64,000 nucleotides of DNA from Dehalococcoidia bacterium (GTDB taxonomy: Bacteria; Chloroflexota; Dehalococcoidia; GIF9; AB-539-J10), in contig JAUWHP010000033.1 of assembly GCA_030605765.1 (NCBI GenBank), positions 7,812 through 71,811 of the forward strand. Reading direction: 5' to 3'. Each line of letters opens with the position of its first letter. Within the stretch, counting starts at the first letter, position 1. A program made the translations under genes and the position numbers. The notes below the pieces were generated by a model. The model was not told the origin of the DNA, did not search any database, and worked only from the letters and a program-made list of their open reading frames with translations. Below are positions 28,275 to 38,211 of this stretch, piece by piece.

Positions 28275-28436
28275 TTTTCATTCGAGAGATAATTGCTATA
28301 AACTATACAAGGGTGACAATCTGGAGTCAAATTGACCACAGCCTTGTAATTGAAAATCGCCTGTTACCACAGGTTCATCTTGTATTGGAAGAGACTACCA
28401 GTGGATAAAATTGCCATTGCGTACTATAATTACCAG

Positions 28437-28530
28437 GCTACACTTGCTCTTCCGATTGGCGATTGGGAGAGATTGATTTCTGCGCATGTTGCAGCTTTTG
28501 TGGGGAGCTAAATTCAGGGTAAGTGCAGTT
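28437..28530 (+). other. Candidate structured 5' leader RNA
   Basis: Follows TATAAT at 28425; CACTTGCTCT/AGGGTAAGTG and CTCTTCCGATT/GATTGGGAGAG helices rich in G-U pairs. Confidence 0.4.
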
Positions 28531-28553
28531 AATAATTGCTGAAGGAGGTTAAA

Positions 28554-28757
28554 GTGCGTCGTGGCTGTATTACTGTAGGTGAAGTGCAATGCGATGGGTG
28601 TCACAGATTTCTAGAATATGGTGAACGTTATTTGATAATTGATGAGGAGAAGGGAAACAGTCAGCGCTTTTGTGGTGATTGCTGTATGAAGCGTGGTTAC
28701 ACTTCATTTGGGGAGGGAAAAGGCAAGGAAATAGTTACTTTTTTCCCTCAGGATTAG
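28554..28757 (+). CDS. Small Cys-rich (putative Zn-finger) protein
   Basis: AAGGAGG RBS before GTG 28554; CDGC...CGDCC. Confidence 0.8.
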   Translation: MRRGCITVGEVQCDGCHRFLEYGERYLIIDEEKGNSQRFCGDCCMKRGYTSFGEGKGKEIVTFFPQD

Positions 28758-28793
28758 GTATGATGACTCAAGTTTCTTTTTTAGGTGTATTTC

Positions 28794-30464
28794 TTGAGTG
28801 AGTGTATCTTTATAGGTGTTGCTTGGCCCTATGCGAATGGGCCTTTACATTTAGGGCATATTGCTGGAGCTTATCTACCAGCAGATATTTTTGCTCGCTA
28901 TCATCGCCTTAAGGGCGATGATGTGTTAATGGTTTCGGGCAGCGATCAACATGGAACACCGATTACAATTCGAGCTGAATTGGAATCCACATCACCACGG
29001 GAAATAGCGTCCAAATATCATCAACAATTTCTCGATTGCTGGCAGAAGCTGGGTATCTCCTTCGATTTATTTACCACTACTGGCACTGCAAATCATGCTC
29101 AGGTTACTCATGACATATTCACTACCTTACTCAATAAGGGCTATATTTATAAGGGTAAAATGCTTGGGGCTTACTGCCCCGGCTGCCAACGTTTTCTTCC
29201 TGATCGTTATCTTGAGGGCACATGCCCTTATTGTGGCTTTCCTAAAGCGCGAGGTGATGAATGTGATGAATGCGGTAAGCCTTTAGACCCTGCGGCCCTT
29301 GGAAATGTGCATTGTTCTCTTTGCTCTACCCCAGCGCGATTTGAGATGATGGAGCACTTTTTCTTGCGCCTCAGTGCTTTTCAGGATAGGCTAAAGGCGT
29401 GGATAAAAGAGCAATCTCAGTGGCGACGTCATGTACTTAGCACTACCTGGAAATTCCTGGACGAAGAACTAAAGGATAGAGCTATAACCCGTGATATAAA
29501 TTGGGGAGTGACTGTACCGCAACCAGGCTTTGAACAAAAACGGATTTATGTGTGGTTTGAAGCTGTCATAGGTTATTTATCAGCAAGCAAAGAGTGGGCA
29601 AAATTACGTGGCGATGATACGGGTTGGCAGGCATTTTGGCAGGGCGACTCCAAGAGTTTTTACTTTATTGGCAAAGATAACATTTTTTTTCATACTCTCA
29701 TTTGGCCAGCGATGTTGATGGGCTGCGGTGGTTTGGCTCTTCCTTATGATGTTCCAGCCAATGAATTCTTGACTATCGAGGGTAGGAGGCTTTCTACTAG
29801 CCGCAACTGGGCAGTTTGGCTCCCTGATTATCTGGAGCGATATGACCCAGACCCAGTGAGGTATGCTTTAGCAGCAAGTATGCCTGAGACTGCAGATAGC
29901 GATTTTACTTGGTATAAGTTTGTTCATCGTAATAACGATGAATTAGTGGCTACTTATGGCAACTTAGTTCATCGTGTCCTTAGTTTTACTTATCGTAATT
30001 TCACGGGAGTCGTGCCTTCACCCGGTGAACTTGATGAGCAAAGTCAAGCATTGCTTTGTAAGGCTGAAACTACATTGGTTGAAGTTGATAGAGCGCTCCA
30101 TCGTTGTAGTTTCAGGGAAGCAATTAGACATGCTATGTCTCTAGCTCAAGAAACCAATCGCTATCTTGATGTTCAATCGCCCTGGAAGGTGATTAGAGAA
30201 GCCCCTGATGCCGCAGCCAAATCTACCTACATTGCTTTATCTGTGTTGTCAGCTTTAAAGACTGTGCTTTATCCCTTTATCCCTTTCAGTTCAGAGAAAC
30301 TTCATACTCTTCTTGGCTTTACGGGAAGTGTGAGGGAAGCTGGTTGGAAATTTGAGCCACCGCGGCCTGGACAGAAGATTCGTCAACCACAGCCATTGTT
30401 CGTTAAGCTGGATGACAGCATTATTGAGCAAGAAACCAGCCGGATTGGCTGTGTATCCTATTGA
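28794..30464 (+). CDS. metG: Methionine--tRNA ligase (no C-terminal tRNA-binding domain)
   Basis: AWPYANGPLHLGH, DQHG, Zn knuckles, YVWFEA, GKDN; start TTG 28794 or GTG 28785. Confidence 0.98.
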   Translation: MSECIFIGVAWPYANGPLHLGHIAGAYLPADIFARYHRLKGDDVLMVSGSDQHGTPITIRAELESTSPREIASKYHQQFLDCWQKLGISFDLFTTTGTANHAQVTHDIFTTLLNKGYIYKGKMLGAYCPGCQRFLPDRYLEGTCPYCGFPKARGDECDECGKPLDPAALGNVHCSLCSTPARFEMMEHFFLRLSAFQDRLKAWIKEQSQWRRHVLSTTWKFLDEELKDRAITRDINWGVTVPQPGFEQKRIYVWFEAVIGYLSASKEWAKLRGDDTGWQAFWQGDSKSFYFIGKDNIFFHTLIWPAMLMGCGGLALPYDVPANEFLTIEGRRLSTSRNWAVWLPDYLERYDPDPVRYALAASMPETADSDFTWYKFVHRNNDELVATYGNLVHRVLSFTYRNFTGVVPSPGELDEQSQALLCKAETTLVEVDRALHRCSFREAIRHAMSLAQETNRYLDVQSPWKVIREAPDAAAKSTYIALSVLSALKTVLYPFIPFSSEKLHTLLGFTGSVREAGWKFEPPRPGQKIRQPQPLFVKLDDSIIEQETSRIGCVSY

Positions 30465-30484
30465 TAGTGAAAAGGTCCATTGCA

Positions 30485-30513
30485 GAGATTCTTCGCCATA
30501 GGCGGAGAATGAC
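30485..30513 (-). repeat. REP-like hairpin downstream of metG
   Basis: ATTCTTCGCC-ATA-GGCGGAGAAT 10-bp stem; reverse strand reads GTCATTCTCCGCCTATGGCGAAGAATCTC. Confidence 0.6.
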
Positions 30514-30746
30514 GGTAGCGGGGAATTTCCAAGTACTAATGTCCAAACCAATTTGAATATCTAACTCCTGAAAGAGAGGATAACACCAAGTAGTTGGAAT
30601 TCAGAAACCAGAATCCTTTCTGTCCCTGCTGATTACTGACTTCAGGCCACTAATTGAGCCTTGCTCATTTGACCTTTAGGTAGTAAGAATATTGTTTGGA
30701 GTTTAACTCCTGCCATGGGGCTTATATGTGAACTATTGCGTCTTGT

Positions 30747-32573
30747 TTAGCTGGAAGCTGGATGTGGCGTTAATCCTTCAAATAGTTTGTTAAGGTCGTC
30801 TTCTTCCAGTGTTTCACGAATCATGAGTTGCTCAGCAATTTCTTTTAGTTTTGCTTTGTTCTTGGTGAGTATTTGTTTGGCAACGGTATAAGCCCGCTGA
30901 ATAATATTATGTACCTCTTCATCTATGTCTTGAGCGACCTTGTCGCCATAATCTCTTTGCTCGCTAATTTCACGCCCTAAGAAAACAAGTTCGTGTCTTT
31001 GTCCAAAAGTTCGTGGTCCTAACTTATCACTCATTCCATATTCAGTAACCATCTTCCTGGCTAACTTAGTTGCCTCGGCTAAATCGTCTTGTGCTCCTGT
31101 TGTTATTTCCCCAAATCTGATTTCCTCAGCAACGCGTCCGCCCAGGCTTATTGCCAATCGGTCGTCAAATTGAGAACGAGACCACAAATAGCGATCCTCA
31201 GTGGGGAGCAAGCGTGTCCAACCTCCTGTGGCTCCCCGAGCGATGATGGTGACTTTGTGCACGGGGTCGGCGTTGGGCAGCATTCTGGCGGTTAATGCGT
31301 GTCCGCTTTCGTGATAGGCTGTGATTTCCTTTTCCCTGGGGCTTATTCTTCGACTTTTCTTTTCTGGACCAGCAATCACCCGGTCTATAGACTCCTCAAG
31401 TTCTTGCATCTGGATATCCTTTTTGTCATGCCTGGCGGCTAAAATGGCTGCTTCATTAAGAAGGTTAGCTAAATCAGCGCCGGTGAAGCCAGGTGTCTCC
31501 TTGGCTATTGTTTCTAAGTTGGCTTCTTTGGCTAATGGCTTGTCTTTTGCATGTATCTCCAGGATGGCTTTGCGGCCATTAATGTCTGGTAAATCTACTA
31601 CAATATGACGATCAAAGCGGCCAGGGCGTAGTAACGCTGGGTCGAGAACATCAGGTCGATTGGTAGCAGCGACGACAATGATATTAGTATTGGTATCGAA
31701 ACCGTCCATCTCGGACAGAATTTGATTTAAAGTTTGCTCTCTTTCATCATGTCCTCCGCCCAAACCGGCGCCACGGTGCCGCCCTACAGCATCAATTTCG
31801 TCCATAAAGACTATGCATGGAGCGTTACGTTTAGCCTGTTCAAAAAGATCTCTTACTCTGGCTGCACCAACGCCGACAAACATCTCCACGAATTCGCTAC
31901 CACTAATGGAGTAAAAAGGCACTTCGGCTTCCCCTGCTATAGCCTTGGCCAGTAGAGTTTTGCCTGTTCCCGGCGGTCCCACCAGGAGCACGCCTCTAGG
32001 TATGCGGCCGCCTAACGTGCGGAATTTCTCAGGTGATTTGAGAAATTCTACTATTTCTTGAACTTCTTCCTTTGCTTCCTCAATCCCAGCAACATCAGCA
32101 AAAGTCATACTAGGTTTATTGCCGGAACTTAGTCTGGCGCGACTTCTACCGAAATTGAGAGCTTGCGTGCCAGCTCCACGGGCTGAACGGAATAGAAAAT
32201 AGAATAGTGCTCCAAGCAACACGATTGGTAAGATAACTTGCAGAGCTATCACTCCCCAGTTGGTGCCGATAGGCTCAACATTGATTTCCACTGTACTAAG
32301 ATCTATACCTTCCTCTTGTAGTAATTTTCGTAAGTCAGCGTAGCTGCCACCGAACCCCGACTTAAAGATTTTTTTGCTGTCTTGATAGCCAATCATGTTC
32401 CCATCATCCAATGTGATAGCATCAATTTCCCCGTCTTTGACTATTTTTATGAATTCATCGGTCGTTACAGGTTGGGGGATACTATTGCGCTGCAGAGCGA
32501 CGAATACCAAGGTTGATATAGCTACCAGAAGCAGCAAATAAACGTATCTATTGTGCCACGATTTCATATTCAT
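30747..32573 (-). CDS. ftsH: ATP-dependent zinc metalloprotease FtsH
   Basis: Two [25 protein letters not shown]. Confidence 0.99.
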   Translation of the reverse strand: MNMKSWHNRYVYLLLLVAISTLVFVALQRNSIPQPVTTDEFIKIVKDGEIDAITLDDGNMIGYQDSKKIFKSGFGGSYADLRKLLQEEGIDLSTVEINVEPIGTNWGVIALQVILPIVLLGALFYFLFRSARGAGTQALNFGRSRARLSSGNKPSMTFADVAGIEEAKEEVQEIVEFLKSPEKFRTLGGRIPRGVLLVGPPGTGKTLLAKAIAGEAEVPFYSISGSEFVEMFVGVGAARVRDLFEQAKRNAPCIVFMDEIDAVGRHRGAGLGGGHDEREQTLNQILSEMDGFDTNTNIIVVAATNRPDVLDPALLRPGRFDRHIVVDLPDINGRKAILEIHAKDKPLAKEANLETIAKETPGFTGADLANLLNEAAILAARHDKKDIQMQELEESIDRVIAGPEKKSRRISPREKEITAYHESGHALTARMLPNADPVHKVTIIARGATGGWTRLLPTEDRYLWSRSQFDDRLAISLGGRVAEEIRFGEITTGAQDDLAEATKLARKMVTEYGMSDKLGPRTFGQRHELVFLGREISEQRDYGDKVAQDIDEEVHNIIQRAYTVAKQILTKNKAKLKEIAEQLMIRETLEEDDLNKLFEGLTPHPASS

Positions 32574-32874
32574 ATCTAATTCACCCTTATTATAGCAGAG
32601 GTGCTATGAATAGAAAAATTGCAGACTGCATGGTAATTAGTGAGAAAACTCAAGGAAATCTTCAAGGAGTACTGCTTTCGCAGTTGAACGTGAAGGAGGT
32701 GCGCCAACAGAAATCTAGGTTCGCAAGGAAACAATCGTGAAGTGAGGGGATATATGGGCATACAAACATTCATAGTTTGCATAATATACAGGAGGGATGC
32801 ATTTTAGCGAGAGTATTCCGTGTAGAATGAGTTATGTGAAATGGCCGCGCTCCTCGGATTAGAATGAGAATAGG

Positions 32875-33240
32875 GTGCTAATAACAAATTTTGGTAGATA
32901 TGATGGCCATGAATGCCACCAAATTTCCACGGGAGGTTTTATTTGCCCTGATGAACTTATAGCTTTTGGGCCAGGAGCCAGTATCCAGCAATGCCTGAGG
33001 AGTACTCGATATTTAATCAACGAAACAGGTGGCGAAGAGACTCTATACGGAGCCCACACATGCTCGGAACACCCCTCCCCATTTCTTAAATGCAAGGCAC
33101 TAGCAGAGATGGATGTTGCACTGGAGAAAATGATGCGACGTAATTTAGAGTGGGAACGCGAGTTTCTTTTCCGGAGGCATCCAATAAATCCTTACATGTC
33201 AATTATTGCAGCTGGCTCTATCAATGGAAGGGGTGGTTAA
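32875..33240 (+). CDS. Hypothetical ORF (unrecognised)
   Basis: 121 aa ORF in the ftsH-rsfS gap; no family recognised. Confidence 0.35.
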   Translation: MLITNFGRYDGHECHQISTGGFICPDELIAFGPGASIQQCLRSTRYLINETGGEETLYGAHTCSEHPSPFLKCKALAEMDVALEKMMRRNLEWEREFLFRRHPINPYMSIIAAGSINGRGG

Positions 33241-33313
33241 AGGGAGTTTATAGTGGGTCAATTATAAAAGTGGTATAATAGATATAACATAAATGAAAGG
33301 GGGTTAGTCTTTT

Positions 33314-33658
33314 CTGGAAGCGGAAGTAATAGCGCGTTTAGCTACAAAAGTTGCTACTGAGAAGCAAGCAAGCGATATTGTGATGCTAGATCTTCGGGGG
33401 CTGTGTTCGTTTGCAGATTTTTTTGTTATTTGTAATGGAGATACCAAGCGTCATATTGAAGGTGTGTGGCGGGGTATCATTGATGAAATGAAGAAAAATG
33501 GGGTGGTATCTCATCATAATGAGGGCACTCCGGATTCAGGTTGGGTCCTTGTTGACTTCGGGTCGGTGGTTGTTCACATATTTACATCGGCAGAACGGGA
33601 TTATTACCAGCTAGATGAATTTTGGGGTAAGGCAACGCCTGTACTCAGAATCCAATAA
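33314..33658 (+). CDS. rsfS: Ribosome silencing factor RsfS
   Basis: KQASDIVMLD, ADFFVICNG, GWVLVDFGSVVVHIF, YYQLDEFW; probable CTG start 33314. Confidence 0.95.
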   Translation: MEAEVIARLATKVATEKQASDIVMLDLRGLCSFADFFVICNGDTKRHIEGVWRGIIDEMKKNGVVSHHNEGTPDSGWVLVDFGSVVVHIFTSAERDYYQLDEFWGKATPVLRIQ

Positions 33659-33665
33659 ATGAATT

Positions 33666-34112
33666 CTAGCCAATCCACTTGTTAATATCTTTGTGGTAAT
33701 CGATAATTTCCTCTGTTGAGAAAAAGAGCTCAATTTCCTTAGAAGCATTCTCTGCTGAATCGGAGCCGTGAATTAGATTGTGTTCGATATCGAGGCCAAA
33801 GTCGCCCCTAATTGTGCCTGCCTGGGCTTTAACTGGGTCAGTTTCGCCCATTGTTCGTCTTATTACCCCCACTGCATCTTTCCCTTGAAAAACAATAGCG
33901 ATGGTAGGGCTGGAGGTAATGAAATCCACTAACCTGTCAAAAAAAACTTTGCCTTTGTGAATAGCATAGTGGCGCTGAGCTAGGTTTTTATCCATTTGTA
34001 GCATTTTCATAGCTATAATTTTGAGCCCTTTTCTTTCAAGGCGAGTGACTATTTCCCCGGCTAACCCCCTTTGCATAGCATCGGGTTTGATAAGTACTAA
34101 GCTTTTCTCCAT
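33666..34112 (-). CDS. ndk: Nucleoside diphosphate kinase
   Basis: IKPDA, GTIRGDF, NLIHGSDS. Confidence 0.99.
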   Translation of the reverse strand: MEKSLVLIKPDAMQRGLAGEIVTRLERKGLKIIAMKMLQMDKNLAQRHYAIHKGKVFFDRLVDFITSSPTIAIVFQGKDAVGVIRRTMGETDPVKAQAGTIRGDFGLDIEHNLIHGSDSAENASKEIELFFSTEEIIDYHKDINKWIG

Positions 34113-34124
34113 CTTCCCTCCAGG

Positions 34125-35189
34125 CTAAATCCTTTGAATCAGGCTAATTAGGTCCATATCTTCTAAAGAATCAACTATTTTATCAGCTTTTCCAAGATCT
34201 TCTTTAGGATGAGTATTGGTTACCGCTAGGCATCTCATTCCGGCAGCCTTAGCTGCTTCAATACCGAAAGGGGAATCTTCAATTACAATGCAGTTTTCAG
34301 GTTGAGTTTCTAGTTTTTCCGCGGCCAAAAGATATATCTGGGGATTCGGCTTGCTTTCAGCTACTTCATGACCAGAAACAATGCAGTTGAAATATCCTCC
34401 TATGTTGAGTTCGTTACTGAGTAAATCTATGTTTTCTTTTGGTGCTGAAGAAACCAGTGCTAATTTGAAGTTTCCCCTTTTAATCGTATTCAGTAGCTTA
34501 ATTACCCCGGGGAGTGGTTTCGTATTGCCTTTAGCTTTCTCTCGAAAACTTGTCTCTTTTTCCTGTACTATAGCCTTGATATCCTCTTTAGACAATCCTT
34601 CGCCTAGGATCTTATGAATTATGAAGTCGTTTCTGGTGCCAAAGAGTTTGGTAAAATCCTGCTTGGTAAAGTTTGGCCTCCTTTTAGAAAAAGTTTCTTG
34701 CCAAGCAGCAAAGTGAAATGAGTTAGAATCAGCGATAACCCCATCCATATCCCATAGAACTGCCTTTTTTGACCATCTCCAAACGTAGAATAGGGAGCTA
34801 CCTTCAGCTATAACCGTGTTATCCTTAAGAGTAAGCATTCCCTTGGTTTCCACCAGTCTCTTTGTCAATTTGGTAACCCAAGCAGAAATTTGGATTGACT
34901 CTCCGGTGGGCGCTACGTGTCTAAACCTTATCTCACTTTTGGTAGTAACGCCAAAATCAATTCCATGGCAGAGAATAGCATAAGCGGTTACCTCATCAAG
35001 GAGGGTGTACAAAATGCCCCCATGGGTGGCATTTTCCCAGCCTTGGTGGAGTTCTCCTGGAATGAACTCTGCTGTGACCTTTCCTCCATCATAAACGGGT
35101 TCCAGTTTTAGCCCTATGGGGTTATCTTGACCACAAGCAAAGCAAAGCTTGCTTCCAGCGAGATTAAGGTCTAATTTTGGAATTTCCAC
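34125..35189 (-). CDS. Hotdog-fold (PaaI-like) thioesterase fused to HAD (beta-PGM-like) phosphatase
   Basis: CFACGQDNPIGL, HGGILYTLLDE then WDMDGVIAD, KPNPQIY, IEDS. Confidence 0.9.
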   Translation of the reverse strand: MEIPKLDLNLAGSKLCFACGQDNPIGLKLEPVYDGGKVTAEFIPGELHQGWENATHGGILYTLLDEVTAYAILCHGIDFGVTTKSEIRFRHVAPTGESIQISAWVTKLTKRLVETKGMLTLKDNTVIAEGSSLFYVWRWSKKAVLWDMDGVIADSNSFHFAAWQETFSKRRPNFTKQDFTKLFGTRNDFIIHKILGEGLSKEDIKAIVQEKETSFREKAKGNTKPLPGVIKLLNTIKRGNFKLALVSSAPKENIDLLSNELNIGGYFNCIVSGHEVAESKPNPQIYLLAAEKLETQPENCIVIEDSPFGIEAAKAAGMRCLAVTNTHPKEDLGKADKIVDSLEDMDLISLIQRI

Positions 35190-35874
35190 CTGTAATCCTC
35201 CTTTCCTTGGGCTTCGTTATGTGGGGAGGGCGAAGATACAGAGGTTGCAAAGTGGCTGGATTGTCCTGTTCTCCTTTGCTCAACTTTTGCCAGCCCAATA
35301 TGGCTAAGAAGCTAGCCCGAGGCAGCATACTAGTTTGTGGTATTATAGCTCGTTTGCCTAGGTTTCGTTGTATTTCATTTACCGTGTTAGGCGGGGTTTC
35401 ACCACAAAAAAGTGTTTCACGATGTACTCGCTGGCATAAAGCATCGAGGGTGGTTAAATGTTCTTTTTCCAAGCAGCGCCATTGGTCATTTTTTTGTTGA
35501 TAAAAGGCAGTGGCAATTTCCGCGCCACCAACTTTGTGAATGGGACATATGGGCAGACCAGTATGAGCAAAGGGATAAGCTTCATTTTCTAAGGTGCTTA
35601 TGCCAAGCAAAGGAATATTTAATGAGAAAGCTAGTCCTTTGGCTACGCCTATTCCTACTCGTAGCCCATTAAAACTCCCTGGGCCTTTGGCTACTATGAC
35701 CGCCTCTATGGAATTTGGCTTTACTTTAGTTTGTTGTAATAGACGAACCAAATTTGGCAACAGTTTCACAGTGTGGTTTTGAGCCGATTGCCAAGTTAGC
35801 CCGGTTAGAATCTCCCCTTTATGAGATAGGGCAATGCTAGCAGTGTTGGAGGAGGTATCTATGGTTAACTCCAT
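35164..35874 (-). CDS. tsaB: tRNA t6A biosynthesis protein TsaB
   Basis: IDTS, GPGSFNGLRVG, PLYLR. Confidence 0.96.
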   Translation of the reverse strand: MELTIDTSSNTASIALSHKGEILTGLTWQSAQNHTVKLLPNLVRLLQQTKVKPNSIEAVIVAKGPGSFNGLRVGIGVAKGLAFSLNIPLLGISTLENEAYPFAHTGLPICPIHKVGGAEIATAFYQQKNDQWRCLEKEHLTTLDALCQRVHRETLFCGETPPNTVNEIQRNLGKRAIIPQTSMLPRASFLAILGWQKLSKGEQDNPATLQPLYLRPPHITKPKERRITGGNSKIRP

Positions 35875-36359
35875 ACCTTTTCCTTGTCTAAAACCGATTT
35901 GAGCTCTCTTATTAATCCTGAGTAGCGCTCACCTTTGGCTCTAAGATAGATAGTGCGTTCTGTCTCGCATTTAGAGACATAGTTAAGCTGTATGAGCAAA
36001 TTGTTTTGTGGTAATAGTTGTAGCCCCCTTTCTGCCCATTCAACTACGCAGACTCCCTCGTTATAGAAAAGTTCATCCAATCCCAGGTTAGCAATTTCCT
36101 CAATATTATCAAGGCGGTAGAGATCAATGTGATATAAACGAAGCCTGCCGTTATATTGCCTGACTATGACAAAAGATGGGCTGAGAGCATTCTCCTTAAT
36201 GCCCAACCCCTGTGTAATGCCCTGGACGAGGCAAGTTTTGCCTGTTCCCAAATCACCCATAAGCAGAAAAGCGTCACCTTCTTGGGCTAGCTTACCTAAG
36301 TAGCTTCCTAGAAGTTGAGTTTGCTCTGGACTATGCGAACTTAGCTTTAGGGATTTCAC
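35865..36359 (-). CDS. tsaE: tRNA t6A biosynthesis ATPase TsaE
   Basis: GDLGTGKT, SPSF, HIDLYRL, VEW. Confidence 0.97.
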   Translation of the reverse strand: MKSLKLSSHSPEQTQLLGSYLGKLAQEGDAFLLMGDLGTGKTCLVQGITQGLGIKENALSPSFVIVRQYNGRLRLYHIDLYRLDNIEEIANLGLDELFYNEGVCVVEWAERGLQLLPQNNLLIQLNYVSKCETERTIYLRAKGERYSGLIRELKSVLDKEKVWS

Positions 36360-37359
36360 TCCTAAAGTGTTCCCAACCTCCTTTCTTAGTAGGGATGATA
36401 TTCCCTTTAGTGTCTAGCAAGGTTACTCGATCTGGAAGGGTTTCTTCCACTATGTCGCCGATTATAGCTATGGGGCAGTCTAGAGCTTGTTTGGCTTGGT
36501 CAATAATGCTTTTGTCAGCGGTGAAAAGTAGCTCATAGTCCTCTCCTCCATATAGAGCTAATTCATGATAGTTTGGGAAATTAGCTTTGACCAAGGGGTG
36601 TGTGGGGACTTGCTCCATTTCTATTTTGGCACCGACTTTGCTAGCCTCACATATGTGACCAAGGTCAGCGATTAGTCCGTCGCTTATATCTATAGCGGTC
36701 TTGACCCCATGCTGGGCTAGAATCTGTCCCTCTCTTATTCTAGGTACAGGTTGAAGGTGAGCTCTTCTTAGGATGCTGGTTGTCTGAGTGTCTAAGCTAA
36801 TGTTTTCCTTGAACATTTTCAAACCTGCCGCTGATAGCCCTAAGGGTCCTGTAACAGCTACCTGCTCGCCAGGTGTGGCTGTTGACCTTCTAAGTACGGA
36901 TTTGGTTTTTGAGTTGCCCAGGACAGTAACAGTGATAACTATATTGGGGGAAGTAGTGATGTTGCCTCCAGCTATGGCTACCCCAAATTCTGCGGCCAAG
37001 GATGCTATGCTGTGGCAGAACTGAGAGATGTTTTCCGTTTCAAGTTCACCGGGCAAAGCTAGGGAAATCAAGGCGTATTTTGGAGTGCCCCCCATAGCAG
37101 CTATGTCACTTAAGTTTACTGCTAATGCCTTCCAACCCAATTCCTCCCAAGTAGTATTGTTTAGATCAAAGTGGATACCTTGGACTAAGCTGTCTGTAGT
37201 AGCCAGTTGGATGTAGTTATCGCCTTGCCAGGCGGCAGCGTCATCACCAATACCAACTAACAATTGCTGCCATGAAGCCTGCTGAAGATCCTTGGATTTA
37301 TTGGTGATGTTGCGTACGAGGGTAATTAAAGCAAATTCACCCAACTCCGATAGTTTCAT
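36331..37359 (-). CDS. thiL: Thiamine-monophosphate kinase
   Basis: GEF, GIGDDAA, NLSDIAAMG, DISDGL, GGEDYELLF. Confidence 0.97.
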   Translation of the reverse strand: MKLSELGEFALITLVRNITNKSKDLQQASWQQLLVGIGDDAAAWQGDNYIQLATTDSLVQGIHFDLNNTTWEELGWKALAVNLSDIAAMGGTPKYALISLALPGELETENISQFCHSIASLAAEFGVAIAGGNITTSPNIVITVTVLGNSKTKSVLRRSTATPGEQVAVTGPLGLSAAGLKMFKENISLDTQTTSILRRAHLQPVPRIREGQILAQHGVKTAIDISDGLIADLGHICEASKVGAKIEMEQVPTHPLVKANFPNYHELALYGGEDYELLFTADKSIIDQAKQALDCPIAIIGDIVEETLPDRVTLLDTKGNIIPTKKGGWEHFRSEIPKAKFA

Positions 37360-37435
37360 ACTCGAGAGTATAACATTGGCTTCAGCGTAGCTTCAACTTT
37401 AACAATCTAGGTTGCTAATGCTATAGTTTGCCATC
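37360..37435. promoter_or_regulatory. Back-to-back promoters for apparently leaderless thiL and phosphoesterase mRNAs
   Basis: Minus: TG-n-TATACT 7 nt before ATG 37359; plus: TTAACA-17-TATAGT 8 nt before ATG 37436; no SD. Confidence 0.65.
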
Positions 37436-38170
37436 ATGAGACATGCTATTCTTGGTGATATTCATGCTAATTTAGCTGCTTTCCAAGCTGTGCTTGAGGA
37501 TATAGAAACCAGAGGGGGATTTGGTGAGATATGGTGTTTAGGGGATATAGTAGGATATGGCCCTGACCCCCATGCTTGCATTGAGCTGTTGCAGCAATAT
37601 AAGAGCGCTTGTGTTGTTGGTAATCATGATTGGGCTGCTATTGGCAGGATTGATATTTTGGATTTCAATCCTGATGCTGCCAGGGCCTGCCGGTGGACGG
37701 CAAAACAACTAACTACCGAGGATGCAGATTACTTGCAAAGCCTTGCTGTTAAACTAACGCGAGGCGATTTTACTCTGGTTCATGGCAGCCCTCGACAGCC
37801 TATCTGGGAATATTTGCTCTCAGTGGATGGCGCCAAGGATAATTTTAGCGATTTTGATACCAGATTCTGCCTTGTAGGACATTCCCACGTGCCACTAATT
37901 TTTCGGCAGACTAAAGATGGCAATTGCTTTGTGGCAGAAATCCCTGATACAATAAACTTGGAGTATGAAAAGCACCGCTTAATTATTAACCCTGGCGGTG
38001 TAGGCCAACCTCGTGATGGCGATCCCAGGGCGAGTTATGCTATTTATGATAGCGATGCTCAAGTCATATATCATTATCGTGTTGATTATGATATTGCAGT
38101 TACCCAAAAGAAAATGGTGGAATACGGTTTACCTTTGCCACTAGCTCTTCGCTTAAATTATGGTCATTAG
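37436..38170 (+). CDS. Calcineurin-like metallophosphoesterase
   Basis: GDIHAN, LGDIVGYG, GNHD, GHSH, NPGGVGQPRD. Confidence 0.93.
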   Translation: MRHAILGDIHANLAAFQAVLEDIETRGGFGEIWCLGDIVGYGPDPHACIELLQQYKSACVVGNHDWAAIGRIDILDFNPDAARACRWTAKQLTTEDADYLQSLAVKLTRGDFTLVHGSPRQPIWEYLLSVDGAKDNFSDFDTRFCLVGHSHVPLIFRQTKDGNCFVAEIPDTINLEYEKHRLIINPGGVGQPRDGDPRASYAIYDSDAQVIYHYRVDYDIAVTQKKMVEYGLPLPLALRLNYGH

Positions 38171-38211
38171 CATGTTATAATACAGGGAAATTTGTTTTAT
38201 GGTGTCTAAAA

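Noticed and set aside
30600..30730. Possible enzyme remnant (MAGVKLQTIFLLPKGQMSKAQL, minus strand)
   Set aside because: Only 24 codons with weak resemblance to threonine synthase; cannot be supported
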